A stretch of DNA of 62,391 nt, counting the filler, from Nemertoderma westbladi (lineage: Eukaryota > Animalia > Xenacoelomorpha): NCBI GenBank assembly GCA_032718475.1. It is 3 parts of 3 records of this genome, joined end to end, with 100 filler letters (N's around TTAATTAATTAA, not from the genome) between each part and the next. Parts side by side here need not be neighbours in the genome. Positions count along the whole stretch, not along the records: positions 1 to 21,901 come from JAUCBJ010002284.1; positions 22,002 to 52,568 come from JAUCBJ010000689.1; 1 more part is not named here. One strand, written 5' to 3'. The notes below the pieces were generated by a model that was not told the DNA's origin, did no database searches, and worked only from the letters and a program-made list of their open reading frames with translations. Position 1 is the stretch's first letter. Each line of letters starts with the position of its first letter. A program made the position numbers and the translations under genes. Positions 12,325-24,327 of this stretch are shown piece after piece.

Positions 12325-13652
12325 AACTACTGTGGGGCGAGCCACGAAGTTGGCGGAGCCTTAGCGAATTGACACTGTTAGGGGGTGGGTCAATTTATGC
12401 AAATAGTTGTCGTCGTCGTCGTTGTCGTCGTCGTCGTCGTCGTCGTTGTCGTCGTCGTCGTCGTCGTTACGATTTTGACATGCTAATAACTTTGTCGGAT
12501 TTAAAGCTGCCAAGTTGAAAATTTGTAGGTATCAATATGAGCAAAAGTTGAGATTTTTGAGAGACTTTCAGACACCATCAGTGCAATGGTCTCCCGCTAG
12601 AGGGCCTCATGTCTAAACATTAAATGCCCTCCCATTTCTTTGCTTTTAATCCGTTTAAGCTGAAACTTGGCAGATATGTATTAGACCATTAGCTGTGACT
12701 TTCAAAGGAGGCGAATCCATCTGCAGTTCTCCAGTCTGCCGCTAGAGGGCCAAAGGTCTGAAAGTGAAATCGTTGTCGTCGTTACGATTTTGACATGCTA
12801 ATAACTTTGTCGGATTTAAAGCTGCCAAGTTGAAAATTTGTAGGTATCAATATGAGCTAAAGTTGAGATTTTTGAGAGACTTTCAGACACCATCAGTGCA
12901 ATGGTCTCCCGCTAGAGGGCCACATGTCTAAACATTAAATGCCCTCCCATTTCTTTGCTTTTAATCCGTTTAAGCTGAAACTTGGCAGATATGTATTAGA
13001 CCATTAGCTGTGACTTTCAAAGGAGGCGAATCCATCTGCAGTTCTCCAGTCTGCCGCTAGAGGGCCAAATGTCTGAAAGTGAAATCGTTGTCGTCGTTAT
13101 GATATTGACATGCTTATAACTTTGTCGAATTTAAAGCTGCCAAGTTGAAAATTTGTTTTGTTGAAAATCAGTTCAACAGTCACCCGCTATAGGACTACTT
13201 TATGCCTGAAAGTGAATAGATTCTCCCGTCTCATTGATTTTAATCAGTTTAAGCTGAATCTTGCCATATATTCTGGACCACATGCTGCGTCTTTGTGGGG
13301 GGGGGGGGGGGGGGGGGGGGGGAGATTTAATCGGTCTGCCGCTATACGACGAAATTTCTGAAAGTGAGATCCGTCTCTCATTTCGTTATCCGTTATTCAA
13401 GATGAAACTTGGCCGATGTACGTATGTACTATTCATCCATAGGCTGTGTCTTTGTGGGGCTGGAGACCCTAATCCATCTTCAGTTCTCACTATACCGCTA
13501 GAGTCAGAAATGTCTGAATAGAAATGAAAGAGGTAAAAAGTGATTAGGCGAAATCTGCTTAAAATTTGCTAATACAGTAATACTTTCGAATTAGTACTTA
13601 AATTAAATTTAAGTCACGTGCTGCGCGAAGGCCCCACTTCGTGTATACAGTA
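12325..13652 (+). mobile_element. Non-autonomous Helentron/HINE(DINE-1)-like element with (GTC)n microsatellite and internal ~313-bp dimeric tandem repeats
   Basis: Subterminal GTGGGGC (~12332) and GCCCCAC (~13631); (GTC)n at 12410-12466; tandem duplication 12462-12775 / 12776-13090. Related ends at ~33615, ~39185, ~56378 and ~60068. Confidence 0.6.
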
Positions 13653-13875
13653 ATCACAGAGCTGAATAATAATGGTAGGTATTCCTTGTGAGAACAGCGT
13701 TAATAAGCATTGAATAGTATTATAAGCACCAGCGGCAGCACCCTTAGTTATTTATGCCCATCTTTTATGATTTTCTAATCAAATGTAACCTAATACTTTG
13801 AGATCAGGACTTTTATTATACAACCATGGGTTATGGTTTCTACTTTACTATTACTATATATAAAATGTATTCGTA

Positions 13876-14436
13876 GGCCCGCCGCACACTAGAGATGCAA
13901 GATGCACGATGCAAAAATCGTTTCCGACGTACACTAGAGATGCAAGATTGCATCGTATTTTATTTTATATATTGATAGCTTTTATGTTATTTATTTATTG
14001 CGTTTCTGATCATCCACATATCATTTAATTTTCAATGGAAGACAGTGATGATGAAGTTATTGAAACTGTTTCTGCATATATGTTGTAGGGACAAACTAAA
14101 CTCATTTCACGAGAGCATTGGATACATCCAATAATTTTCAAGAGACCTGTGGTTAGCGTTACATGGCAAAGTTGTATGATCAACTGCGACATGCATCCCG
14201 ACCACAGAAATTTGCGAATTATACTCTCATGTCAGTTTCATTTGATGCACTTTTGGTCCCTAATTGATAGAAACATCCGAAAGTGTAGCACCAAGTTTAG
14301 AAAAGCTGCTAGTCACACCTAGGAACAGTATAATATAATATTGCGTGGCAACGGACGCTTATGTTATAGGCCTACTTTGATTATTTTAATGTATATTTCA
14401 AAGAATTTATCTTGCATCTCTAGTGTACGGCCTCCC
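13876..14436 (+). mobile_element. PIF/Harbinger deletion derivative with a degenerate transposase N-terminus
   Basis: TIRs GCCGCACACTAGAGATGCAAGA / TCTTGCATCTCTAGTGTACGGC; internal remnants REHWIHPIIFKR..LYDQLR..KCSTKFRKA resemble the Harbinger nuclease N-terminus. Confidence 0.6.
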
Positions 14437-15439
14437 ATAGCTATACCATGTATTCTATAATTCGAGAAAAAATAGAACATCGAGGATGTCCTTTTTTTGC
14501 ATCTTGCATGATGTGCGTGGTCTGATAGGAAATAATGTATTCTAAAAAAAATGTGGATCTTGCATCCCCACCCCCCCCCCCCCCCCCCCCCCATAATACT
14601 TCAAGCTGCTAAGCATTCGAGCTACACTAGCAATGCTATTGCTCGGCTGCAGTTGGTAGTTGTGCAGTTGGCAGTGCTCGGGCTCTCTGAGCGTGGATTT
14701 ATCTCAGAAAGTACTAAAATTAATATTGATAATTTTTTAAAGATTATTGCAAGTCACAATTGTCATGGGGAACAGCTTCTATGATGTGTCGTGTTTTTTA
14801 TGAGAACACGCAATAATAACTGGATGGTTTTCTGCTGGTAAGGCCATGGGATATCAGTACTTCCAAGAATCCAATTTACTATTGTAGATAATAACATAAT
14901 TAATCAAAGTCTAATTAACCCTTTCTAAGGTCGTATTCTATGGAAAAATCCCATTGCAACTTTTAAACCACATTCTGCTAACATGCAAAAAAATATTAAT
15001 TCTTCAAAAAATGTAGCTGCTATTAATTAAATTAGACGCTCATTTTTTGACGATATTTTTAAGTGTGGCGTTTTATTTTTTGTAAATTGTTTTCTTGAAT
15101 TAATAATTTTAATTTCTTTTTGTTGGCAGAAAATACGCTACAATACGAATGTGTAACTGCTGTAATGATGGCTGAACGTTTATTTTGCATAAAATGGTGA
15201 TTTTTGATGGTATAAATAAATAAAGGATACAATGTGATATTAATGTGATTGTAAGAAAATGCGATATGATACGAAAAAGTTATGTAATTTTTTCGTATCA
15301 TAAAAAATTAATATCTTATTAATTTCATAGTTATATGAAAGTTATATGAAATCAGGATTATTATTTTAGAAAATTATTTGACGATTTCAAATAATAAATT
15401 ATTACCCACTTATAGTGTGTAAGTTTATACTTTGTAGTA

Positions 15440-15760
15440 CTAGCTGCTGTTTCCCGTACAATCCCTATGGTTCTGGCCAAATCGTGGACCATCTTCCACA
15501 CTATTGTCAAGCGTTGAAAAGGAAAGCCAGAATCTCGAAAAGTCCACATTTAAAGTCCTTTACAACTGAATCTTCAAGGCTGCTGGCTGAGTAGTCCTTT
15601 TGGCCACACCCAAATGGTTCCGACATTAAACCTCAGAACATCAGCAAAGTCGAGGTCCATCAAATATATTGGTAGTTTTTTCCCCTTCTCCTAGCACTGG
15701 CTGGTTAGTTACCGCGGACTTTGTACATTCCCCATTCTGTTAATCATCCTGTTCATTGTT
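15440..15760 (-). pseudogene. Degenerate non-LTR retrotransposon RT fragment
   Basis: Minus strand reads YLMDLDFADV, matching YLTDLDFADDL of the LINE at 46823-48100; frames are broken. Confidence 0.5.
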
Positions 15761-16194
15761 ATAACATACTGCTGACTGATAGTACTGTTGGTACTATCTC
15801 TGTGATATGTTGGTAGTATTGGTTATGCCTATGCAGTATCATGACACTTTACCTCCCGGGAAATAAAATAAATCACATATATTTCTCGACTAATAACATT
15901 AACTGCGATAAATTATTAATGAATACAAATTATTCTATTAAATTGCAAGAATTAGTTAGTATTGGCAGCGGGGAATTGTTGTTATAATATAGCACATTAC
16001 GAATCAATATGTCTTATCTGTATATTCAATATTGAAGAAACCTTTACACTAAGAAACTGAACCTGAAACTTCAAAAAATACCTTTCCACCATTTTTGTTA
16101 CCTCCCAAACAATTGATAACATCAATAAATAAGTCACGTACCGGTAGGACTTTTGCTATACCGTACCGCTACCATTACCGCTGAGACTAACAAT

Positions 16195-16882
16195 TAATTA
16201 TCTTTTATTCTTATTAAATTGTTACTATTTCGCTCGAATATACCCCAAAATCGCGGGAAAAAACGTTTCACTTTTTTCTCTAGGGAAAAAAGTAACACAT
16301 AGGACTGCATTGATTTTACTTTTTTCCCGGCGAAAAAAAGTAAAATAAAATATTTTTGGTGGAATGGTGGTGTTGAAAGAGCATCGAAGTAGAAAAGGTT
16401 AGAATCATAAGGCAAAATCCATTCACACACTCTTAAAAGTTATTGCAACTTTAGTGTCTGCAAGGCGAACTCCAAAACGGAACTCAGTATCCAATATTGG
16501 TTTATGTTGTTAAGCGGCTCTCTAGTTACGTAATAAATATTCGAGAACACTAAATTATTTAACATTGAGTAAAAGCACCATCAGGAGTTGAAGAGTACAG
16601 TAATTTGAATCGTAGTTACTATGGAAAAAATATAGTAAAATACTAAGACAGTTCAGTTTATTTTGTAACACTATAACGCTGTACGTTTTTTTAAAGAATT
16701 AAACAACAAAAAATTACAAATTTAAGAATAAAATTACGTATTCCATGGGAAAAAAGGTAGAACATTTTTTTTTTCAATATTCTCTCGACCCTATAATAAC
16801 CTCGCTGGCGCTCGGTAAATAACATGCCTTGAAAATAGAGGAAAAAAGTTATACTTTTTGCCCCAAGTAATAAATAATTATT
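16195..16882. repeat. Interspersed ~680-bp repeat (non-autonomous DNA element); inverted copy at 40714-41395
   Basis: For example TTATTGCAACTTTAGTGTCTGCAAGGCGAACTCCAAAACGGAACTCA matches the reverse complement of ~41098-41145. Confidence 0.85.
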
Positions 16883-17082
16883 TGGTTAACCTTGATAGAT
16901 TTTCTTAGGGAAACCTTTTCTACTTTCGTGATTATTTATTAATTCAAATGCTATATATTTGAGAAATTCCACCAAAAATATTACTACATAAACTTATCGA
17001 AGTTAAGAATTGTATTACTTAATTTTGGAGTAAAATATTTAAAGTATAATGCCCTAATGCCAAAAATAATAAAATTCCTGAA

Positions 17083-20000
17083 TCAGATAGACACATAAAA
17101 TGACTGGCCATCAATTTGATTTGGTTTAAATTCAACATTCAAAGTGGGTAAAGTTTGGGTTTGATGGGTTAAACTTTTCTGGGTTACGAAAGATAGACAA
17201 AATTCGTAAAACTTGTCACTGTTAGCGAGATTCTCAATTAGATGAGAGGCTAACACGTGGCATAAAACCAAACCTAAAATTATTATCCGAAATTTCGTGC
17301 TGGGAATATTAACTAATTGAAGCACTTTATCTGATACCCATGGCATCCAATAAAACAGGATTAATAAATTAAAGGATGTTAGGAAGATCATAACAACGAG
17401 GAATGGGATGTTGGAGTACATCGGCTTCCTATACGGTTTACCGGAGGAGAACACCAAGGCAACGACAACGTATTGGAATGCCGACAAAGTAAATATTACA
17501 GTCGTCTCGTAGCAGACGATATTGTCGAGTTTCGGGTTGGGTTTCAAAGGCGTAAACCACGGTTCGCTCTGGAGTATAAAATAGGCCAAAGTTTGTATTG
17601 CAGCTTGGAGAATCACTTGGAGTACTACTGACGCAATTATTGTAACATGAAAAAGACCTTTGGGTAATTGTCTGGCTACTAATTTAGGGTAAGGATCAGT
17701 TTTACTCATGAATATTGCTATGGCCGTGGTGATAATTAGATCGATGTAGAGAAACTGCCAATCACCGAAGTTGGACTCGATCCAGTAAAGTATTAGTAGA
17801 GATACGAACTGTATGAAACTGTAGAGCGCCATGTATTTAAACATAGAGAATGAGGTAGCTAAGGAACATCTACCCTCTCGGATGAGTTTAGTGACGCATC
17901 CTATATCGGGTTCCCTCGAGGTGAAGGGGCTGGCCACGGAGGCCTCGGCCTCTGATAGACTAACGCCCACATTGGCTGCCCGCAACGCCCCGCAATCATT
18001 AGCACCATCGCCGCACATTCCCGCGCAGTAACCTCTTTCTTGCAGTAACTTAATCAATTGGGTTTTCTGACTTGGAGACATGCGAGCGTAAACGAGACCT
18101 TTGGATAGTAATAGGGGTACAACTTCGGGAAAGTATGTCTGTAGATTGTAGAAGGAATGGCCCGTTATTCCTAAACTGTAGTGATTCGATTCAACGTGGG
18201 TTGCAGTTTTAAACTGTAGTGATGGTTCCTTATGAACTGTATCAGAAGGAGATAGCGCCTCCACAGTTACTAATGTTTCCTCAGGATCTAACATACCACA
18301 ATCTCTAGCGACAGCAACACCTGTGGATATGTTATCTCCGGTTATCATTATAACTCGAATATTTGCGACTTTCAGTGTGTTTATCACATCGGCCGTCCCC
18401 GGTTTTAACACATTCTGCATCACAATGAATCCCAAAAACGTCATTTCGCGTTCGAGTTTATCTCTCGGCGATTTGTGCATTTGGTGCCAAGAAATATTGG
18501 ATTCCAACTTCCGGTAACAAACGCCCAGGATACGAAAACCCTTCCCTGAATATTCGTCTAGAACTTCGTGGAAATTGTAAGGGATGCTCTTTGTGTTGCA
18601 CAATGAGACGATCTTCTCAGGGGCGCCTTTAGTGAACACGTTCATATGATTGGTGCTGAGGGTTCTAGTGACCACAGTCATCCTCTGGAGAAGCGAACTA
18701 AATGGAAACTGTTTCAGGATGCCAACCTCGTAAGGTATGTAATCTGATGACGCACTTGAGACGTCACTGTACGATTCTGTAAAGCCCTCTTTACTTGTCA
18801 TCGGTCGCACTATTGTTGGAACCAGGGAATTATATTTGTGACTGTCTTTGCCGTGTTCCTCTAGTAACCAATTAGTCGATTCGAACATTTTTAAATCTAA
18901 AGTATCACCAACAAGTTCTCCATTTATTATTGTTAGAGAATGACACGTTGCCATGGCAATGAGCAACGGATGTTTGTCTAAGTTAGGTATATTAATCTCT
19001 GGTGACTTTATGGTGGCGTTATCTACGGGTATGACACAGTCCATGTCTAATTCGTCTTCGGTTAAAGTTCCAGTTTTATCGAAACAAAACATATCCACTC
19101 CCCCACAAATATTGATTGTCGCTGGACTTGTGCAGTATATCTTCTGGGCTTTCAGACGAGATTGCGCGTAAATAGTACCAACTGTCATGGCGGCTGGTAG
19201 AGCTGGGGGCACTATAACAGTAACAATATCGAAAGCCTTGAGAAGAAAACTCTTTTCGGAAAGGCCGCTTTCTACAGAGATCACTATAGTGTAAATAAAT
19301 CCGACACATGCGAGACAAGCTAAAACTCCAACAAACCTTAACGCGTCGTTATAAAATTGGAAATTTTGAGAGTTTGGGAATAAAATAGAGCGAACAAGTT
19401 GACCTTTAGATGTTGAAAACGACGTCCTTATAACAACTGCTTTAACATATTCCCCTATCGCTTCATGGTATCTACTTTGGATAATTTTGGTACCAGAAAA
19501 TAGAATGTGTCGTTTATGATGATCAATAGAGAATATTTCGTTGTTAGTTAGGTGCACGGGTGTCTTGGTAACGGGTAAACTCTCCCCAGTTAGCATGCTT
19601 TCGTTCGCGATACAATTTCCGGTTAGGAGTGCAGCATCACAGTTCATAAGGCAGCCGTCGGGTGGAATCACAATAATATCGCCTGGGACTAAATACAGAG
19701 AATCCATCTTCTTTAGGGAACCATTCGAGGATATTACCGTCGCGTTGGCTACCGTTGCAACCATATTGCGAAGAGTTATCGCTTGTTTGCGAGTCTCGTA
19801 TAACGATATTCCTAAAGAGATTGCCGATATCACAAATATTGCCGACGCGTAATAGTAGTAGTCCTCCAGCCCCCAAAGGATCATAGAACATATTTGAAAA
19901 ATATAAAACGGATTCAGGATTTCTTCGACGAATAATTTTAAATATCCCTTTACTTCGATATCTATGGAGTTCTCCCCGTATATATGACGTTTAGAGTCTC

Positions 20001-20559
20001 GTTGCTGCGGAGTTAGGCCGCACCGCTGGGGTTGCAGCAAAGGGGAATTAGCGGGGATATTATCGAGACCCTTTATTTGTATAAACTTGTCGTCCTTCGC
20101 ATTCCAGTAGTATCTTAGATGACAGTGCGTGAAGTATCTGTTGCGGTGGAATAAAATGTTATTGGGTTCGAATCTCCCGCCGTCGCCTCCTCCGTTTTGG
20201 TAGCGACCCAACGCTTCGGACGTACCTTGGTACGACTCGCCATATAAATCGTTTACGGATTCGAAACAATCCTCAGCGTTTATTGTTTGTATTTTATGTA
20301 CGTATTGGTTGTTTTGGTTATAGATAATTACATATCGACAGGTTCGTAGTTGGCAAGGCGAGCATGTAAGTAAAACTCTCCACGCCGGCTTCCAGTAGCA
20401 TATTAACAGCAAGGTCCCCCCACTAATAACGCATAAGTAAATGTAAAGGATAGTTTTTGGAACGCTTGTAGTATATCCCTTGCACAGTGCAGTACTATCG
20501 CCTTCTTCTAGGCTACATGATGAAACTTCATCTGTTAGTATTTTATACCCTTCAGACAT
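17083..20559 (-). CDS. P5B-type ATPase (ATP13A2/ATP13A3-like polyamine transporter), no coding introns; start probably MSEG at 20559 (the ORF track start is a GTG)
   Basis: PPALP (TM4, P5B signature), DKTGTLT phosphorylation site, TGES, KGAPE, MITGDN, GDGANDCGAL, FKYMALYS. Confidence 0.93.
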   Translation of the reverse strand: MSEGYKILTDEVSSCSLEEGDSTALCKGYTTSVPKTILYIYLCVISGGTLLLICYWKPAWRVLLTCSPCQLRTCRYVIIYNQNNQYVHKIQTINAEDCFESVNDLYGESYQGTSEALGRYQNGGGDGGRFEPNNILFHRNRYFTHCHLRYYWNAKDDKFIQIKGLDNIPANSPLLQPQRCGLTPQQRDSKRHIYGENSIDIEVKGYLKLFVEEILNPFYIFQICSMILWGLEDYYYYASAIFVISAISLGISLYETRKQAITLRNMVATVANATVISSNGSLKKMDSLYLVPGDIIVIPPDGCLMNCDAALLTGNCIANESMLTGESLPVTKTPVHLTNNEIFSIDHHKRHILFSGTKIIQSRYHEAIGEYVKAVVIRTSFSTSKGQLVRSILFPNSQNFQFYNDALRFVGVLACLACVGFIYTIVISVESGLSEKSFLLKAFDIVTVIVPPALPAAMTVGTIYAQSRLKAQKIYCTSPATINICGGVDMFCFDKTGTLTEDELDMDCVIPVDNATIKSPEINIPNLDKHPLLIAMATCHSLTIINGELVGDTLDLKMFESTNWLLEEHGKDSHKYNSLVPTIVRPMTSKEGFTESYSDVSSASSDYIPYEVGILKQFPFSSLLQRMTVVTRTLSTNHMNVFTKGAPEKIVSLCNTKSIPYNFHEVLDEYSGKGFRILGVCYRKLESNISWHQMHKSPRDKLEREMTFLGFIVMQNVLKPGTADVINTLKVANIRVIMITGDNISTGVAVARDCGMLDPEETLVTVEALSPSDTVHKEPSLQFKTATHVESNHYSLGITGHSFYNLQTYFPEVVPLLLSKGLVYARMSPSQKTQLIKLLQERGYCAGMCGDGANDCGALRAANVGVSLSEAEASVASPFTSREPDIGCVTKLIREGRCSLATSFSMFKYMALYSFIQFVSLLILYWIESNFGDWQFLYIDLIITTAIAIFMSKTDPYPKLVARQLPKGLFHVTIIASVVLQVILQAAIQTLAYFILQSEPWFTPLKPNPKLDNIVCYETTVIFTLSAFQYVVVALVFSSGKPYRKPMYSNIPFLVVMIFLTSFNLLILFYWMPWVSDKVLQLVNIPSTKFRIIILGLVLCHVLASHLIENLANSDKFYEFCLSFVTQKSLTHQTQTLPTLNVEFKPNQIDGQSFYVSI

Positions 20560-21540
20560 AACAGCATAACACATCACAGTAAAAAACACAAAATTTACAA
20601 TTCTCACAGAAACGGTTATGCTTACCGTGCTTGTGTTACGACTAATGGATTAGTATTAATTACTGTATTACGGTAGGCCTTATGTTTTTTTGGGTTGCGA
20701 CATCTCAGAAAATACCGGAACCGGTACCGTATATTTTTTATATGCGGTGTTAATACATAAACGACAAACGTACGGTAATGATGTTTCCAGTAATGTTGAA
20801 ATTTATGACTCAGCAGGATAGCCTACTTCAGTACTTATCTGATCAGAACTGTAGATTCCCTGTCTCTAACTGCAGATTATTACAATCGAATACTGTTGTA
20901 AACTACACAGGCACCTATCCCAAAAAGTCCAAGGTACTAACTATCATCAGTGAGTGACCAAGTCATCAGCGCAATATAGATAACTGGGCGACCGGCTGAC
21001 CGGGGACGTGGGGAGGAATAACCTATACAATATTCTACCCTACACTACAGCTACAGCACTATCACCATTGAGTATATTAATCAACTATGACAAGACTAAG
21101 TAAGACGGCGGATATACTGTGTTTGTGCACTGCACTGTACTGAGCTGTAGTGTCAATCCCATGTTCTACCAGCCAGTCAACCAACCAATATAATCAACTC
21201 ACCTTCAATATACAGATGTTTTTCATTGGCTGAGTCATTAATGGTTGACTGAATGAATATGCACAATGTTAAATATAATAAATAATAATACATGTTTTAG
21301 AATGAATATTTGCCACATGGGCTGCCACCCCCCCCCCCCCCCCCCCCCCCCTGAATACCATCCTACTGGCATTCTTAACAATGTACAGTTACATTAGATG
21401 TTAGTTAGCATTGGATGGAAGCCCTGCCCGCCCTCTTTGTTTCTGCCACTACACGCTGACCAACTGGTTAACCATGTTCAAAAGTAGATGTTCTGGAATG
21501 AATATTTAGACATGGGCTAAATATTTGTAGATAATAGCTT

Positions 21541-21675
21541 GGTGTCGTCGCGTTACGGCTAATGTCGCGTTACGGCAAATTTTTTGAGAGATTAGCCGTA
21601 ACGCGACTTTCAAAGTCGCGGTACGGCTACTCTAAAAGTCGCGTTACGGCTTATTGTCGCGTTACGGCTAATCTA
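21541..21675. repeat. Direct and inverted GTCGCGTTACGGC repeats (end of a MITE-like element)
   Basis: Five forward copies and one inverted copy (ATTAGCCGTAACGCGAC). Confidence 0.6.
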
Positions 21676-21901
21676 TTGTCTTGGTTTTACATAGGGAATC
21701 ATTATCAATATTATGGTGTTTACGTACGACGTAGATGAGGTCCGAAAAATGTAATGTAATAAATGTTTTACAGCATGGGAGACTCTTTCACACTGTATGT
21801 TCTTCGACAACCTAACATTCAATATAATATTGTATTCTATGGTATTCTTAGTCACAGCCTCAAGTACAGGTACGGATTACACGACAGAGGAGCCTTTCTG
21901 T

Positions 21902-22001
21902 NNNNNNNNNNNNNNNNNNNNNNNNNNNNNNNNNNNNNNNNNNNNTTAATTAATTAANNNNNNNNNNNNNNNNNNNNNNNNNNNNNNNNNNNNNNNNNNN
22001 N
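21902..22001. other. Artificial contig linker (N44-TTAATTAATTAA-N44)
   Basis: A symmetric all-frame stop spacer in the middle of exactly 100 positions. Confidence 0.95.
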
Positions 22002-22084
22002 GCCATATACCGTAACATAAGGTACCCGACAAGTTTCTGAAGGAGAAGATCAGTTATCAGGAGCATGAAGAAACCAACAAACAG

Positions 22085-23512
22085 ATGCTGAGACTCTTAC
22101 AATGCTATGAAGATTCCGATAAGTATTTCCTGTTGTTGAGAAATCCACAGATGCGCTTAAGGGATCGTTTCTCTAGCACAATGATAGATGGGTTGATACG
22201 TGTTGGAGGAAGGTTAACGAATGCACCATTATCCTTTGATACTAAGTTCCCCATACTCATTAGAAATCTTGAAATACAAGTCAAGATGATTGTAGATGTT
22301 CACAGCAAACTTTATCATGCTGGTAGAGAACGAGTTCTTAGCGAAATTCGAACTCGCTATTATTTTTATAAACCCCGTAGAGCTCTGAACCAAGTTCTTA
22401 GGAACTGTATACCCTGTAGGAAAGCATTCAGTAGGCCTTTAACACAGAGAGAGGCAGAATTACCTAGGGAACGAGTAAGCTTTTATGAACCACCCTTTAC
22501 TAATACCGGTGTGGATTTATTTGGCCCTATTGAAGTATATCGTGCTAGGACTATAGTCAAGAGATGGTGTGTAATCTTTGTTTGTATGACTTGTAGAGCC
22601 ATCCATCTCGATATGGTGAACGATTTATCTACCAACAGCTTTCTATTAAGCTTACGACGACAGATCGCTCGCTTTGGCACTAGTAACACGATGAGATCTG
22701 ATAAGGGAACAAACTTCATGGGTGCCAACAATGAAATCAAAGCTTACGTCAAAGATTGGAACCAAAGACAGGTGGACGACCAACTACGAGTAACAGCGTC
22801 TAGTTGGACCTTCAACGCCGCCGACGCCCCTTGGTGGGGAGGAAGTTGGGAGAGATTAATAAGAAGCGTGAAGACAGCATTTCATTTTATAGTGCCTTGC
22901 CGCGCTTATCTCACCGACGAACTTTTGCGGACGTTAATGGAAGAAATCGCCGCCTATCTCAACGAGAGACCGCTTATGCCAGTCTCATCGAGTCCCGATT
23001 CCCTGGAAGCGCTAACACCCGCGCACTTCCTACTGAAGAAACCTGTAGCCATGCTCCCACAATCGGAAATCACAGACGGAGACGAATACTGCCGACAAAC
23101 TTGGCAACTCATGCAGTTGTTATCCCGTCGTTTCGCTGACCATTTCGAAAAACATTATCTGCCCACGCTACAACTTCGAACTAAGTGGTTTGCGCAGCAA
23201 GAAAACGTCAGCTCTGGAGACATGGTGCTTATTGTGGATGTGGATCTTCCACGTAAGCGGTGGCAGACAGGTCGTATAATCGAGACGCATATCTCGGATG
23301 ACGGTTTGGTGCGATCGGTAGAACTCGTCGTCATGCGACGTAACTTCAAGAAACCGGGAATCGTCTTCGAGACGCAGCAGCTCAATCGCCCGGTGGGTCG
23401 TTTATGTTTACTGGAAAGAGACAGAGAACTCTCCGGAAACTATGGGAGACAAGATACTCTTCCCACGACCACCTCCCTAATCCAACAAACATCTAGGGAC
23501 TCCACAACTTAA
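22085..23512 (+). mobile_element. BEL/Pao LTR retrotransposon pol 3' end (integrase)
   Basis: GLIRVGGRL, HHCC finger (H..H..CIPC), TGVDLFGP, SDKGTNF, APWWGGSWERLIRSVK, RPL..LTPAHFL, C-terminal YLPTLQLRTKW..GRI..DGLVR (DUF5641-like). Confidence 0.95.
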
Positions 23513-23530
23513 CAACGGCTGGAGTGGGTG

Positions 23531-23940
23531 TGTGACCATATTACTTTATATTTATATTAGTTTTATTTTATATTTATGTATGTATTATTATGTAATTTTA
23601 TTTTAATCATTTTATTTAATTTTATTTAGTAGTATGTATTTTAGAGATTGTTTAGTAGATTAGTGCAATATATATTCGCGTTTATTATTTAATTACGTAT
23701 ATTATATATTTAGTGCGACGGCGAGAAATAATTCTTTTTCTCTTTCCTTACTGCCCGTATTACATTATCAATACGTGATTACAGTAAGATGAAATATCCG
23801 TACTTATTAAAGTACAATAAAGCCACTACTATATTCAAGTATTATTGGTAGGCAGAGTATTAGGAATGCAAAGTTCAGATCCTCGTGTCTCGGCTAAACC
23901 AAGCTCTGGGTAGACCTTGGAAACGACTTGCCTCTTCACA
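23531..23940 (+). mobile_element. Probable 3' LTR of the BEL element
   Basis: Follows the purine-rich GGAGTGGGTG; TGTGA...TCACA inverted termini; AATAAA at ~23816. Confidence 0.65.
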
Positions 23941-24064
23941 CTGACATTGCTTCGTGCGATATTGCTCTCATACCGTATATTAAATAATACATATAGTAGC
24001 GTGATGTCCCTTTAACAGTAGCGTATAACGCAAAATAAATCTGTTAAACCCTTTGACCATCTGT

Positions 24065-24327
24065 AATTCTAGTCGATTAAGATATCGCGGCACCCACCGA
24101 TATACTTGAAAGACAAAATTCTAGAATCAGTGGTTAACGTCCCCAGACAAGTTCTGGAATAAACTGGTGCCCATCCTAAATATTAATTATTAATATTTAC
24201 AAAAATCTGTCAAATATCAGATCCTTTAAAATTCTAGTCGATTAAGATATCGTAGCACTTACCGATACTCTTAAAAGGACAAAATTCCTAGAATCAAGGA
24301 TCCCAGTCCCCAGACACGTTCTGGAAT
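24065..24327 (+). repeat. Two diverged ~96-nt direct repeats, each folding into a long hairpin plus a small hairpin
   Basis: Copies at 24065-24160 and 24230-24327: AATTCTAG-TC-GA-TTAAG-ATATCG-loop-CGATA-CTT(G/A)A-GA-..CTAGAAT, then CCAGA-nnnn-TCTGG. Confidence 0.8.

Noticed and set aside
12282-12518. Arg-rich protamine-like ORF
   Set aside because: Translation of the (GTC)n microsatellite within a repeat element.
21902-22001. TTAATTAATTAA palindrome inside the N-run (also at 52613-52624) as a biological motif
   Set aside because: Identical 100-nt design at both sites; an artificial all-frame-stop contig joiner.
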